The notes: generated by a model from the sequence alone, not told the origin. Shown: positions 37,200 through 50,977, counted from the first letter of the whole stretch. The stretch: DNA of 58,664 bases, filler included, from Sphacelaria rigidula (GCA_964200075.2; 10 parts of 10 records of this genome joined end to end with filler, not necessarily neighbours in it); one strand, 5' to 3'. Numbers and translations are program-made.

Positions 37200-37640
37200 A
37201 TCCTCGCTTATCTTGACCTCATAGACGACGGGTGAAACTTGGGGACCACCTTGCATCTCGACGTGGTAACACTAATTTTGGGATTGGACCGTCCGTGTCT
37301 CGATGTGGCCTGTACAGACACTAGCACTCGTTGGCCAGGTTCAAAGACTGGGCATGGCTTGAGCTTATCATTGCTTGCCTTCTGTCCGTCTGCTTATTTC
37401 TTCAAGTTGCGCCTTGCGATTTCAAAAGCTAGCTGCAAGTTGTCTTTTGTCTCATTCGCGTGTTGTTCAGTAACCACAGCGTGCTCTTCTTCGGAAATGC
37501 CCAAGAGAATGTCAACGGGCAATTTTGGTTGACGCCCAAATCTTACTGGTGTCGCCAATGCGAAGGTTGTGAGACCTACGGTGAACGGTGGCAACGGTCG
37601 CGGGTGGCCGATGATTTTCCTCGTGTTTTGTGGGCAAGGA
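37200..37640 (-). pseudogene. Decayed Ty3/Gypsy integrase C-terminal region
   Basis: Minus-strand translation FGRQPKLPVDILLG...TKDNLQLAFEIARRNLKK*ADGQKASNDKLKPCPVFEPGQRVLV matches the post-catalytic integrase pattern (FGR.P.LP.D; F..G..VLV). It contains a stop. Confidence 0.75.
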
Positions 37641-39763
37641 TTTTAGCTATTTAACCACTGGCCACCGCTTAGGGAGATGAAAAAAGTTCAAGTGATCCTG
37701 AGGGATTTCGACGGTGGTTTTCAAGATCCATATTACCTGAGGTCCCCGAGTCGGCTGTACAGATATGGGGGTTTCGGGCCTCCCGGGCAGTCTACAGTGA
37801 GGATTGCACCTGTAACGAGGATTTTGTCTGGTTTACACGTCACAGAAGAAATCCCTCCGCACATACCAAACGACGACCTTAACAGTACACGCAGATGTAC
37901 GCCGGCTGGTTTCAACAGGATGACAAAAGATTGGACGCCACAATACTTGAGGCTCACCTTTCGATGCAAACCCACAAACAGAACTGCACTGCCAACACCA
38001 GCCCTTGCCTTATTGCTCACCCTCCTATCTGGTACTCCGGCAAAACACACACGCAGATGACGGTGATAGCTTGTGTGCGTGGCGGCGGCCGGGCTTGTGT
38101 GGCAGGGTATTCTCAAATAGCTGAGGACAAAGGGTATGACATTATTACTACTGTACAGCAAGAATGCCATTCTAGTACTAGGCGAGGACAAAGGGTACAA
38201 CATTACTACAAAAAGAATGCCATACCCTTTGGTTGAGGAAGAAAAAGTGCTAAGTTCAACAGTACCTACGGAATATAACACCCCCACCCACCCGCTGAGC
38301 GATTTTGTACGAGCAACTTTATACCTAGATCGTACACAATGTATCGCTATTTGTAATAAAAATATTGATGAGAGTTTAACAACCGCACACCGACTGCTCG
38401 TGCAGTATGAGTTGTTGCTGCACGATTGAGGTTCAAAACTTGGCGCTTTGGAGCCGTGAGGTACTGTGGGTTGTCATTGCCTGTGCTTTTCCACTTCTTA
38501 CCGTGGGTCTGAAACGCCATTGAACCAAATAAATCTGATGTGAGACTTGAGAAGAAGCGTGGCATCCCGTCGTGCTCAGTCATGCTTCGTTATGCATGAG
38601 GGCGCAAGCTCAGCCCGTCACACAGTACTGTATAGTAGTACACACAGCGTCAGTCGTGGTGCGCTGTGAACAGTGAAATTGTAGCTTTCGGTTGATTGTG
38701 AGGTTGGAATAAAGCTATTCATCACGTCAAGACTGCGACATCAATGCCAAAGGCGAGTGGTGTTGTAAACCATAGCCAGCTGCTGCACGGCATGGATGCA
38801 GAGCGCGACATGTTGAGAAACTCTTATTTGGAACGAGACTGGCGTCTTATTTTCTTTCCGATTCCAGCAGAAATGCTTATTGTTTGAAGACGTTCAAAAC
38901 GCGGAAAGTTTGGCATAGGACCCATACATGGGGATAATCTTGTAGTAAATTAATTGAATTATTTGCTCGAAGGGCGATTATGTCCGAGCGTCCAAGATCG
39001 GCCAGTGTTGCGCCAAAAGAAAAGAAAGCATTTTTTCAAAACAGAATCTGACTACTTTCCCTCGTAGCATGCACTCCTGCAGCGTACAATATCAGGTATA
39101 ACAACGTGGAACTGTCGGCTGTGATTTGTACAAGATATTAGCAAAGTTTCAGCGACTCGCCGCGGCTACAGCGCGCGTAGGGTCGTGCGTCATGAACCGC
39201 GCAGCTCCACAGACTGTGTGCCGTCGGTATCGGTACACTACAGAAGGTCATGATCCAGAGAGGGTCGCAGTACAGACCCGTGTCAGTTTTTTACCACATC
39301 AACCGCCCAGCCGTGCTCAATGTCCAAGTTTTAGCATCTGCGCGTGCACATATGTGTTCACCTGTAGTGCGCAAAGTCTAGGAAGCTGCGTGGCCGGTTT
39401 GAAAGCACATGGACGGCATTACCCACAATCGGTTGGGGCCATGTTGTACGGTGATCCCCGGCCCAATCGCGCGGATTTTTCGGGGATATGCTGCCTGTGT
39501 TGTGCCCAACTAGTGTGCAAAGATTCATGGTGGAACACGCAGTCACAGGCGAGAAATCCACAAGTCGAGTTGCACTGAAAAATGGTGGTTTACCGTAGGA
39601 GAGTACTCAGATGAACATGAGACGCGGTTACGCCCTGATCACGCCGCATGTCATATGCGGTTACGTAGTATGGCGGTACGGGTATGCTGTATGTATACTG
39701 TATATCGCATCAGCGTATCATACTGCACTTCATACAGGGATCATGAGGGATATTTCAAATTTC

Positions 39764-40303
39764 TGAAGTTGTGTTCTGTAAGGTACGGGTACGTTCTGTA
39801 GGGTATGAGATTCCGTGCAGAGTTTACAGAACTGTCGGGTACCGGTATGAAGGTCTTATAGAATTTACAGAACTTGTCGGGTATGGTACAGGAGGCTTAC
39901 AGAGAACCGGTACCGGCAGTCGGGTAACTCTTTTCGGGTATACCCGCCCCTCGGGTTCGGGTAAATGTTGTGTACAGAACTTGCAGAACTGTCGGGTACC
40001 GGTATGAAAGTCTTACAGACTTTACAGAACTCGTCGGGTACCGGTATGGGAGGCTTAAAGAGAAACGGTACCGGCACTCGGGTAACTCTTTTTCGGGTAT
40101 ACCCGCCCTTCGGGTCCGGGTAAATGTATTTTACAGGACTTAAAGAACTATCGGGTAAGGGTATAGAAGTCGTACAGAGATTACAGAACTGTCGGGTACC
40201 GGTATGAAAGTCTTTCAGAAGTCACAGAACAGTCGGGTACGGTACATACCCGGAAAAATATCCCGGGTATACAGAAAGCCGTACCTTACAGAACACAACC
40301 TTG
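39764..40303. mobile_element. hAT-like MITE with internal tandem repeats
   Basis: TIR gttgtgttctgtaaggtacgg / ccgtaccttacagaacacaac; 8-bp flanks CAAATTTC (39756-39763) and CAAATTCC (40304-40311); internal ~150-bp duplication and many tacagaac/cgggtaccggtat motifs. Confidence 0.8.
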
Positions 40304-41136
40304 CAAATTCCAAGCCCATCAGCTGCGCCGCCAGACATGAATGCAAACTATTGTGCCGTTCTCCAGTACGATGAAAGTAAATGAGATGCTTCTTTTTCAA
40401 GCGGATTGTACACTCCATATACTACGCCCTGGGCGCGGTGGTGCGCTGGAACACCGAGCGTAGCTGCCACCTATCGCCGTATAATGAGGCCCACAAGGCA
40501 TCCGTAACGAGCAAAACCATGCACACCACCGAACACGGGGTATGATCACGTTCTCGGCCTGCAACTTGTGCTGACGATCCAGCCTTGGACATTGCTTTTT
40601 TAGATATGCCGTGTGTTGGGCCGTAGGTCGTCCCTCTGGGGGACCTCGCTCGAGAACTACACCTACTTTGTGGACGATCCAAGCTGGTAATTTATACAAT
40701 GATTATTGTATGCGAAAATCGGCATGCATTTGACCTTTTTTTTCTTTTGGCGCAACACTGCGGCACCCTGCAAACACTGAGGGCCCGTTTGAAATCAGCC
40801 GAAGAACTAAAACATGGGACATTTCTTGTCTCACTGTACTGCAGCACGAACACACTCACTTCCGCTCTCATGTTCTGTAGCGATCACTGTTCTGGGGTGT
40901 GTTTAGACGTTGCGAAGACGGTTTGGTCTCCGCTGAGACTGCTTGATGTGCTGTATAGTTGTGTTCGTGTCTCTGTAACATATAGTATCATTGCAGTGCT
41001 GTCTACACACTCGGCTGTCTGTTGAAAATTCCATGTNNNNNNNNNNNNNNNNNNNNNNNNNNNNNNNNNNNNNNNNNNNNTTAATTAATTAANNNNNNNN
41101 NNNNNNNNNNNNNNNNNNNNNNNNNNNNNNNNNNNN

Positions 41137-41310
41137 GTAAACAAAGTAGTCGGCTGGGTTTGTGTGACGTGAGTTGACACGGTGCGGGAGGGCTGACCCA
41201 ATCCGCGAGACCAAAATGTAAGGCGCGTACCGGGGGAGAGATGGATTGATGCCTTGAGACCACGGACTCGTCCTGAGGAAGGGGAGGGGTTCAAAGTACG
41301 AACAAAAAAC
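41137..41310 (+). mobile_element. SINE family 2, 3' portion
   Basis: cttgagaccacggactcgtcctgaggaaggggagggg plus an A-rich tail, matching 22350-22418. Confidence 0.7.
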
Positions 41311-42339
41311 AAGTGCGTCGAGAGGACTCAGCCATCGAGAATGTGGTTTGTCTTTTTCCAGGGATGCTATCTCTTGCTGAGAGTTGAACGTCACTATCAA
41401 CGGATGGTGAAACGAGATCGGGTGATAGCAAAAGCTTGCGCACAAGCACGGAAAAAAAGAGGAAAAAAAGAGGGGGGTAGTGAGAACGATGGGACAGCTT
41501 GCAGAGAAGCGTAGTCTACAGGATTGGCCAAAAACAGACCGAGTACAGGAGGAAGGGCGTGGGTGAAAGATGGCGCTCTCCAAAAAAAGATGGGTACTCG
41601 TAGTGAAGTTAAGTATGCCCGAAAATGGTTGCCTACAGCACACCCCCGTTTTGTGGTCTTCTGTCGTAAAGCAACATCTTCTGTCCGCACTCTGCCGACA
41701 CTATAGGCAGGGTGCAGCCCGGTGGTTCTTGACGTCACAGCGGCAAAGCTACGGTTGGCTCGTGCGTGTCTTCGTTGTCATGGCACCGGTTAATACCTGG
41801 CGCTGAAATGCTATCGATAGGGTAAGTTCGGGTTGAGGACACTATGCACGGAGCCTGACTGCACCACGTTGGTTTAGAGGGAGTACCATACTCATTTCCC
41901 CTTTTTGTAATACCGTTCACCCATTCAATAATTCGAGACGAGTCCGGAAGTGTCAAGGAAACAACCCATCTCTCCGCCGGTACTTGTATGGCATTTCGGT
42001 ATTGCGGGTTGGATAATGAGTAATACTTCCGCACCGCGTCGGCTTTCGTCAAATTTTGCTTTCTATCAATGTTCTCACGTTTTCAACGACATCAGTCAAA
42101 AACTGGGCACCGAAGTACGGTACACTCAAGCAACGCTTCTCGAGCGCCACGGAAACAAACACGCATGTCGCCCAACGCACGGCCCAGACCCCGCATCACT
42201 CACACACGCATGGATGCACGTGTTCCCAATCTACCTCCTGCGAAACACTTAGCGCCGCCGGCCCACATCACCTATTCCCGAATGCCTCACTCCTGTCTAA
42301 TAAACAGCGCAATATTTGCACTGGTCAGGGGTAGCGGTC

Positions 42340-42945
42340 ACTTCAAAACACACATGTCTCGGCGCTTGTCTTTCCTCGCCTGGGCTGGCTTCGCGAAAGG
42401 TCTTGTGTCGCGCTACGGAGCGCATGAAGCGGCGCTCAGAGGCTGATGGTATCGAATCGAGTCATGCACACAGCAAGCTTCACGAACGCGGCGCGTCGTG
42501 TGTGCCTCTAAACACATCATACGGCGAGGAAAACCTGGACATTTCGAATCGAATCGATGCACCCGCAGCGCTTTGATCGAACATTTACCAATTATGTCGG
42601 ATTCTAGAAGCTCTCAGAACGCACAAACCCTCTCAAACACAGCCCCCGCAAGATCTCCTCGCACACGCATATCTGGGCGCTTGTCTTATCTTCGCCTCGG
42701 ACCGCGTTCGCGAAACGTTGTGTGCCGCGCTACGGAGCGCACGAAGCGGCGCTCAGAGGCTGACGGCATCGAACCACGTCGACGCACATAGCACGCTTCA
42801 CAACTGGTACCACGAACGCGGCGCGTCGTGTGTGTCTCCACACACGGTGTACGGCGGGGGGAAAATCCTAAACATATCGAATCGAGTCTATGCTCCCACA
42901 GCGTTCAAAGATGTATTCAATACGTCCGGCGCTCTCGCAACCAAA
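42340..42945. repeat. Diverged tandem duplication of a ~310-bp unit
   Basis: ggcgcttgtctt...cgcgctacggagcgca(t/c)gaagcggcgctcagaggctga...cacgaacgcggcgcgtcgtgtgtg occurs twice, from ~42361 and ~42676. Confidence 0.85.
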
Positions 42946-43859
42946 GCCTGTGCGACACACTAGCCACTCTCAAAACACGCTGTCATTACATGAGGAGCGC
43001 GGTACTGATAGAAAGATGTACGGTCGCTTGTCAAACTGAAATTACCATCGCTGACATGCTTCAGCATCGGACGCAGGTTGGAAAGCATGCTCCACGCTCC
43101 ACACCATCACTATTCCTTCACGCATACACACACAATATTTCTTAGGCCACCGACGTTGAAAATGCCGTCATCCAAGGTTTCCCCTTCCCACGAAACACAA
43201 CGCACAAGAAGCTGAGGGGCCGAACAGATCGTGAGTCCATACCGTAGAGGCTCCACACAGCACGTGAGGGTGTTTGCACGACGCATTCTCAGCACCTGAA
43301 GACAACTACAACAAATCGAGCAGCGATCATGTCCCAGTGTTTACGAGATAGAGGGGCAGGATGAGGGGGGTGAATGAAGGAGGCAGTGCGACGTGTGGTG
43401 CTCGATGTGCCATTGCGCTACGCTAGCTTGTCGTTGGGGCACGCTATGCATTCCGCGTTTGGTATAGAACAACTATAATTCGGCTACCGTGTAAAACCCC
43501 AGTGGCAGAGTTGCCAGGTGACCTGCACGTCTTGTCTCACCGGTTCCACAGTGGATCATTTCTTTCCTGTTCCTCGAGTCAGCTGTTTTGTACAATGTTT
43601 TACATACTGCGGTCAGCGGTACAAGGTCACAATGTGACATCCGGAGAATGTAAAAAATTGTGAAGCCGGAAAACGATGGGGGAGTTGCTGCGGAAGCTAT
43701 TTTGGTACAATAACTTCACCAGTGCAAGGGCACATTGAATTAGACGTAGATGATAGTACTGATGGACAATTCAAGAATGATAGCATGGTACCCTACTCGT
43801 GCTCTCCCATTTTTTTCAGTTGTGCGTGGTAGAGAAGATAAGCAGTACTCGGATTAGAC

Positions 43860-44280
43860 AACATGTGATGGTCGAGCCACGAGGTGTGCGGGCATCGCTC
43901 TCAAGGAACACACAAGGTCGGGGGTTGCGATATGCAAGCGACCGACCGATATAATAATTGCAGTCGAGTGGTGCAACCCTCCAACACGTGACTCCCGGAC
44001 CATCGAATCCGACTCAGCACTGCATCATACAAACACAGACTCTCTTTAGCGTGCAGAGAAGTGCTCTTGACTTGTTTGCAAGCGAGATATCTCCAAGTGG
44101 TTAGCTAGTAGCTTTGTTATCAGGCGCTCCTACCGGGTAGCTAAACGACAGTGACTGGGTAGTTCAAAATTAACAATGACCGGGTGCGACGATCATATTA
44201 AACTGGAACACAACCCCAATATGCGAATGGGATACGACCTATTGCACATGCCACGCGTACTTCGAAACGCCCGCTACGTA
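43860..44280. repeat. Dispersed repeat, diverged reverse-complement homologue of 47600-48010 on the next contig
   Basis: Shared blocks: gccacgcgtacttcgaaacgcc; gtgcagaga..ctcttgacttg..tgcaag..atctccaagtgg; cagcactgcatc. Confidence 0.65.
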
Positions 44281-45246
44281 GGAAATATCCGCCATAACAT
44301 ATGATCTCAATCAAGGTGTGATGCGTCCGCCTGCTAGATTATACCAAAATACGGCCTCGGAGTAGTGATGAAGAGACAACTTCAAACATCACCGATTTCA
44401 CGACATCTAGCAAATGTTGGGGCCTAATGTTCGGTGCACGTGTTCATCTGAGGGTATAGGGTGTAACCATCCGAAATTTATTGTCGATATGTGCATCCCA
44501 GGGACAGACTGACCGCAACGCTGTGTTTGGGGTGGTGTGGAGAGCGGAAGGGCATTTTGAGCCGGTACGAACTGAGCCATTTGCCTCTTCATTAATGATT
44601 TTCAGGGAGACCAAACATGTCCCATTCAAGCACCGTGAAAAGTTCCACCTACATTGGAGCTCATCACGTAACGTCTTGTTTCAAGTCCCCGTCCCTGTTT
44701 CTCTCCTAAAAACACAGAAACGGAAAAAAAAAACGTCTTCCACTTGCATTCTCCCTCTCCTTCTCCGTCTGTCTTGCTTCTCTTTCTCTTCCTCATGCTC
44801 CTTTCGTTTTGTCTTGGTTCGCTCCATTGTCTTGTTTCGTTTCGTCCTCCTTGTGCTTTTTTCAACATCGTGCTGACTTTGGAGCCTCGCTAGCGCAATG
44901 CTCGTGAGTAAGAGTTTCCCCAAAAGTGTGATGCCCAGATAGCCGAGGCGTAATCCGCTTCCACGGCCTTGTCTATTTTTTGTTCGTGTGGTGGTGTCTT
45001 GTGTACGACTAGGCTCACTTACCGGAAGTCATGCGGCAGGGGTCTGCCATTTCTTCATCTTTTTCTCGACATCACTGTAGTATGTTTGTTCCCCCCTTTC
45101 CCCCCCATATTTATCGTTTCCTCGAGATCGGTTTAGCGAGTGCTTCCGTATATTTACTTTCACTATGTCTATCTTGTCACCCCGAGTGGATTCGTAGCGG
45201 ATCAGTGAACATACGATAATCAATCCATGAATCGCATCAATCAACA

Positions 45247-45540
45247 CTGCTTTCGTCAGATTGAGAGTAGAGCGTTGATTGAGAATGAGTTTTATCATTC
45301 GCTTTAACTTGACCAATTTTCATTCTGTGAATGCTTCTCTTTGCCTGTAACACTGGCGTGTGCTCAAATCTACACGTCGATATCCTACTCAAGGATGCCA
45401 AGGGCTTCAGTGGAAAAATATACTACAGGAAGCGTATCGGGCCTCGTGGTAGGGCATTTCGGAACCGAAACGATTCCATTCATTGCTTGACCGCTTCTCA
45501 CTCTCAATCGTATCCTCTACTCTCAATTTCACGAAAACAT
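45247..45540. mobile_element. MITE, copy of the 33865-34170 family
   Basis: tttcgtcagattgagagtagag ... ctctactctcaatttcacgaaa inverted ends; internal gggcatttcggaac. Confidence 0.7.
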
Positions 45541-48500
45541 TGTTCTTTGTAGATGGAGAGCACGTTCCTGGTTGTCCTAAATCTTCCAAACTCCAATCAC
45601 CGGCATCACATTCATCGTATCCAGCCCTAACCTCCAACGTCTAACGCGACCTTGGAAGGCCAATCTCTACACAAGGAACAAACCTCTGTGATGCACACGA
45701 TTGGCCTGCGTGTGTACTGTGCTCCACACCGCTCCCAAGAACCTAGACTCTGTAGCAGAGCGGAGATTTCATGTCGTCCAAGGAGATCAGGCTGTTCGTT
45801 GAAGCATAGTATCATCATATGTTTATTTTTACCTTCCTACTCGCAGGTGGTTGGCGGCTAACGCCACGGAAAATCGACGAGGTAACTTGGTAACTTAGAG
45901 GGCATCCACGTACTCATTTCTGCAGTAAGCTCCGCTCGTGAACAGAGAAACTCCTGTGAGTTTGTACCGCGTTCTTCTCGAGGGTTGATGCGTTACGCCT
46001 TAAAAACTAGCGGCTTTTCGCTCCGGCGCCAAAATTTCCAGCCTGAAGCCAAAACGCACCCGCTCCTAGTACGCTACACACCCGGGACAATGGATTCTTT
46101 TGTAACAAAATATAGTGCGTACAGCTTTGTCTGCTGTAATATGCGCAATAGTCGATACTGTACACAGTACACTTCTTGACGGTCTATTCTTTTGTCCAGG
46201 GTGTGGTACGCTACCGCCCAACACATTACGGAGAAAACTGATGGCACAGCCCGCCCGTGTGGTCTTGTACAATGGGGGTGTGTGTGTGCCACTGCAACAC
46301 AAACAACGTATTTACAACAACAAAAACGTGCCACTAACGATGGCGAAAAAAAAAATATCCAGGGTTGTACACGTGAACCCTTGGGGCAAATGGTGTAAGG
46401 ACGCGCAGAGAACTGAGGAAGTCACGAAACAGCAAGCCACGAAGGACTCACACACGAAGGTTCAGTAATCGAACAAAACCTTACTCTGCCCGCCGGAATA
46501 AAAATGAAACACCTATCTTACCACAAGACGCCAAAACAGACTAGTTAAAATGGTAAAAAGTCGCACTATGCGCAGCACGCCTGCTGCCCCCCTTCCCGCC
46601 GCCCCGCGGGGGGGTCGTTGGATAGCTGGAACGCCTCGTTGCCACTTCCGGCTTTTTGGTAAGACGAGGGCGATGATCGACCTGGCGGTTCTTCACCTTG
46701 TAACCCTCTACTCCGTCGCTGCTCAATCTGTAGCGAACGCGGAACAAATAAAGATACCGCAAGATCGGGCGCAAAAGGTTGAACATCGCTGCAGAGTTTA
46801 GCCCTCCAGACCGTTTCGGCCTGTCCACATACTGAAGGCACATAAAGTAGGGGGGGGGGGGGGGCCCCCATTTGTTGCTTGCCTTAGCCGTTCGACCATT
46901 GCCCCCGCCCCCNNNNNNNNNNNNNNNNNNNNNNNNNNNNNNNNNNNNNNNNNNNNTTAATTAATTAANNNNNNNNNNNNNNNNNNNNNNNNNNNNNNNN
47001 NNNNNNNNNNNNCATGAGGTCGTCCATGTGAAATTCATTGGTCATGACTTTAGGTCAGGGAAAGCACTGTTTTCGAGTTGAAACTCATTAAAGTGTCGAA
47101 CCTCAAAAACGAATCTAGACCGTTAAACGCTTTTTTGGGGGTATTTTTTGTGGATCAGCTCTTTGCGAGGCCTACACTACCCAGGATTGGTGTAGCCAAT
47201 CAGGGGTGTTCAAGCGCCGTTACTATCTGAAAATAGTTACCCTCTAGTGTCGACGGTTTCTGTTCTCCAGTCTAACTGAGATCCCGGGAAGACATGGCAC
47301 ATGCGAAAGCAGTCGCTGTAATCTGAAAGGGCGTGAGAGAGTTTTCTCCCCAAGCGATGGCGCTTTTTCCTGAATAGCAGGTTTTGCCCATCCTTCCGAT
47401 TTCATGACGAGTTTTTCCCGCGGTTAATCTTAGCCCCGAGATTCTGCGGTTTTCTCGTCGTCGACGTGATGTTAGGCTGATGGCATAGAGACTTGAGTGA
47501 AACATCCCCAGAATGAATTGAGCTGGGCCTTTCCCCGTCTTGCATGAGAAGCATGCACAAGGCAAGGGAGGGGAGTATTACAGCGCATACCGACTGTATA
47601 TATATGTAGTAGGCGTTTCGAAGTACGCGTGGCAAGTGCAGTAGGTCTTGTTCCATTCGCGTGTTGGTGTTGTATTCCAATTTGGCGTCCTTCACCTCGG
47701 CCCCTAGCCCCTCCCCACTTTCCAGCTACCTAGCAAAGTCGTCTAGCTACCGAGCAATGCTTAATAACAAAAGCTATCAGCCGCCACTTGGAGACATCTC
47801 TCTTGCAAGCAAGTCAAGAGTACCTCTCTGCACGTGAATGTGAGTCTATGTTTGATCTTGCGATGCAGTGCTGGTTCGAACTCAAGGGTCTATGTGCCAC
47901 GAGCTGTACTCGACTGCAACCGTCCTCTCAAGTCGGCTGCTTGCACATTGCAACCTCCGACTATGCTTGTTCCTCGAGAGTGACGCCTTTATCACCTCGT
48001 GGCCAGACCACAACACTACACCGGGCGATCTCGCTCGCAAAGAGTATCTTCATCCGCCTGTGTTTCTAGACTTTCTTCCAGCACTTGCCGCGCTCTAAGT
48101 TGTGCCGTCATGTCCCTCCCGTAACGTACTCCCAAATACCAGACAAACGTATTTGTATTCCCTTCATTGACATCGTTTTCACTGTCAGCATGAAGCTCGT
48201 ATTCGATTCCGTCAATTTTCAAATATATAATGTTCTCGTGCTAAAAACGTCCAAACGCCGCACTCTTGGCTGGGAATGTTTGTAGTAGGGTTTGCTGAAC
48301 CCGGGACGGCAACAAAAAATACCCCGTCACCAGAACCATACATTGTGCGGCTGGCGCACCATCGAACCCTACACCCCGAGTAGCGTCGGGTCTCGTCCTG
48401 TCGTTACCGGCAGATTGAGCTTCCGCTTCTCGCGCATCTTCTGTCTCGCACCACGAAAGCAACGTCGACCGCGTGCCTTGTTTACTTTCAAATACGTGCC

Positions 48501-48574
48501 TGCAATATGCCCGAACGGTAATCAATTGCTCACCGTAGAAACAGTTTATCGTGATAGGAAAATACTACAGTATT

Positions 48575-50000
48575 TACAAGTTACGACTGGTAAATTGTTA
48601 TATACAAGTTCAGCCGCGCTTTGACTACCTGCCTGCGTTCGTCTCTTGTACCTTGCATCGACACCACAGCAGCTGCACTACATGCACAGTCCGCAGCCAT
48701 CGTTCGAGCTATCCCACCGTGCAAAGGGTCTCGTAGCGGACGAAAAACGCGCCTGCTACACAGAGTGCCAGAAAATACCGCCACCCGGCTGGACTTGTGA
48801 ATAGTTATGTACAAGTCGCTACTTGTTAATGGTACAGTGTGTACAAGTCCAGCGAATGGAACACCTGTCCGCGTTCGTCCCATGTGCCTTGCATCGACGT
48901 CACTACGGCTGCAACACACTTACACAGTCCGTAGCCATCGTTCAAGGCATCGCACGTTGCAAAACTCCCCGCGGCGGGCGCGAATCGCGCCCGCTACTCA
49001 CGGTGGTAAGAAATACCACTGCACCCGACTGAGCTTGGACATTGCTTTGGTCAAAAACACGACTTGGGCAACTTTGACATAAGCTATGTTAACTGGGGAC
49101 TGGTGCCGTGGGATCACTTGATTACGTGTGTAATGCTTGAGAGGACCGCGTGCTCAGAGGACCGCGTGTTCAGAGAACTGCGTGCTCAGAGGACCGCGCC
49201 GTAGTTTAAAACACGTCAGGATCGACGTTTTTCAAAGCCAATCGGGCCAGTAACCCTGACAGTAACCCTGATCCTAACCCTAACCATAGGGATGTTCAAA
49301 TTCCGATGCGGTCTTCTAAGCACGCGGTCCTCTCACGCATTACAGCATGCTTGCGATTGAAAGCGGCCGCGGTGCAGACAAGAACGCCAACAGGTAATTT
49401 CTACTAGTACATTTTTTCCGCATTATTCTGCGATGCACTCAGGTTTTACGTGCAGTGCTTACCATTAACTACCAGTGGGTGAGTTAATGGAACCATATTT
49501 CGAATATTTCGTGCGGGTACGAACATTTTCATCCTCCGGGTTCTCATCCTTAATGAAAAGCTCCATCCTCGGTTTTTTCGATAATCGACTGTTTATTTCT
49601 CGTGGCACGGACGGGGTCCTCGATCTCACACGGCGGTAGCAGCTGCGAGGAAGAAGGCCATTGATGTATCTGTAGTCCCTAACGCTACGGTACCGTGACG
49701 CGGCTACCGTGCGTTAGCGAGGCAGCATATAACGTAAAAGGTTGTTGCACAAGTCGCGACGTGTACATAACCATTCACAAGTCCTGTCGGTTGGTGTTTG
49801 TTTTGGCACTGCGTGTAGCAGGCGCGTTTCTCGTCCGCTACGAGGCCCTTTGCACCGTGCGATGGCTCGAACGATGGCTACGGACTGTGTGGGTGTATTG
49901 CAGCTGCTGTGATGTCGATGCAAGTTATATGAGACGGACGCAGGTAGGTAGTCAAATCGCGGCTGGACTTGTACATAACTATTAACAAGTCGCGACTGGT
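48575..50000. mobile_element. Composite element with ~250-bp inverted arms, a tandem extra arm copy and nested MITEs
   Basis: 48575-48825 is the diverged reverse complement of 49750-50000; 48810-49040 is a second direct copy of the arm. Confidence 0.7.
49129..49344. mobile_element. Small MITE with telomere-like (CCCTAA) internal repeats
   Basis: TIR tgtaatgcttgagaggaccgcgtgct / agcacgcggtcctctcacgcattaca; 16-bp subrepeat agaggaccgcgtgctc about four times; taaccctgacagtaaccctgatcctaaccctaacc inside. Confidence 0.8.
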
Positions 50001-50977
50001 AAATAGCCTTTCCCATCATGATCACTATGGAGGGGATGAGACGTGAACGAGCTACTCATTGTTGCGGCACCTATTTCAGGAGCTCTTCGCTTTCGGGGTG
50101 TTTCAGAACCTAAACGGTGCAGTAAGACACTGTTTCCGGCCTAAGAGACCTACTGTGTCGTTACTTTGGACATCGTTTGGCCATATAAGTCTTCTTTGAA
50201 ACGTTGCCTGTGAAATTTCTTCCGCCGCGCCGTCTTTGAAGCAGCAGAAGCAGACGGAGCAGCGCATGAGAAAGCACCTTATGCTCGCTCCGATTAATAC
50301 TTCAGAGATTGATGAAGAAAGAAGACCATGAAAACGTGGTATCAACCCCTGCGTACAAACATACATTTGTAGCTTGACAAGCTATATAGAACACATAAGC
50401 GACAACTGGTGCAGTCAACGGTTCCCGTCTTACATCCCCTTAGTGTGTTCTGTGGTCGCCTGTTCACTCCAAAAACAGACGCGTCCCAGGATTTTTGGTC
50501 ACCCCAGTAGTATTCATTCAGCCGGCTTGTAGTCAAATGATACCAAGCCGTAAGGTTTCAGTATAATATTCGTATGCATGATTGGAGCAGTGACAGGGGA
50601 CAGGGGATCCTGGATTGATGGCCCTTTTCTGTGTGGCCACTTGCTGTCTGGCTCGTGATCTGTTGAGGATCACTCCGTGATAATAACAAGTTAGAAGAAA
50701 GGACTTGTCGAGCACGAGGCCAGTGATACAGAAGGAGTCCCTCGTTGTAAGTCCTCTTGTCCAGATCGTCTGGCAGGGGCTATAGTATCGAGATATTATT
50801 CTCGGCACTTTGCTGGAGGAGTTTGGCTGAGGAAAAAGGACCGCAGCTGGAAGCAGTTTGGCCCGCAGACGAGAGGATACCAACTTGAAGCGCACAGCGA
50901 GGGAGGACGCTCCGTGCGCTGGAGGATGCACAAGTTAGGCAAGAGTCTCTCCGTGAAGTGTTCGAATCCTAGACAAC

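Noticed and set aside
43860..48010. 43860-44280 and 47600-48010 as TIRs of one 4-kb element
   Set aside because: The two copies are on different contigs, so their relative orientation is arbitrary.
50337..50348. tRNA-iMet primer-binding site (TGGTATCA) for the gag remnant
   Set aside because: Only 8 nt match, it is not preceded by an LTR-terminal CA, and no LTR could be delimited.
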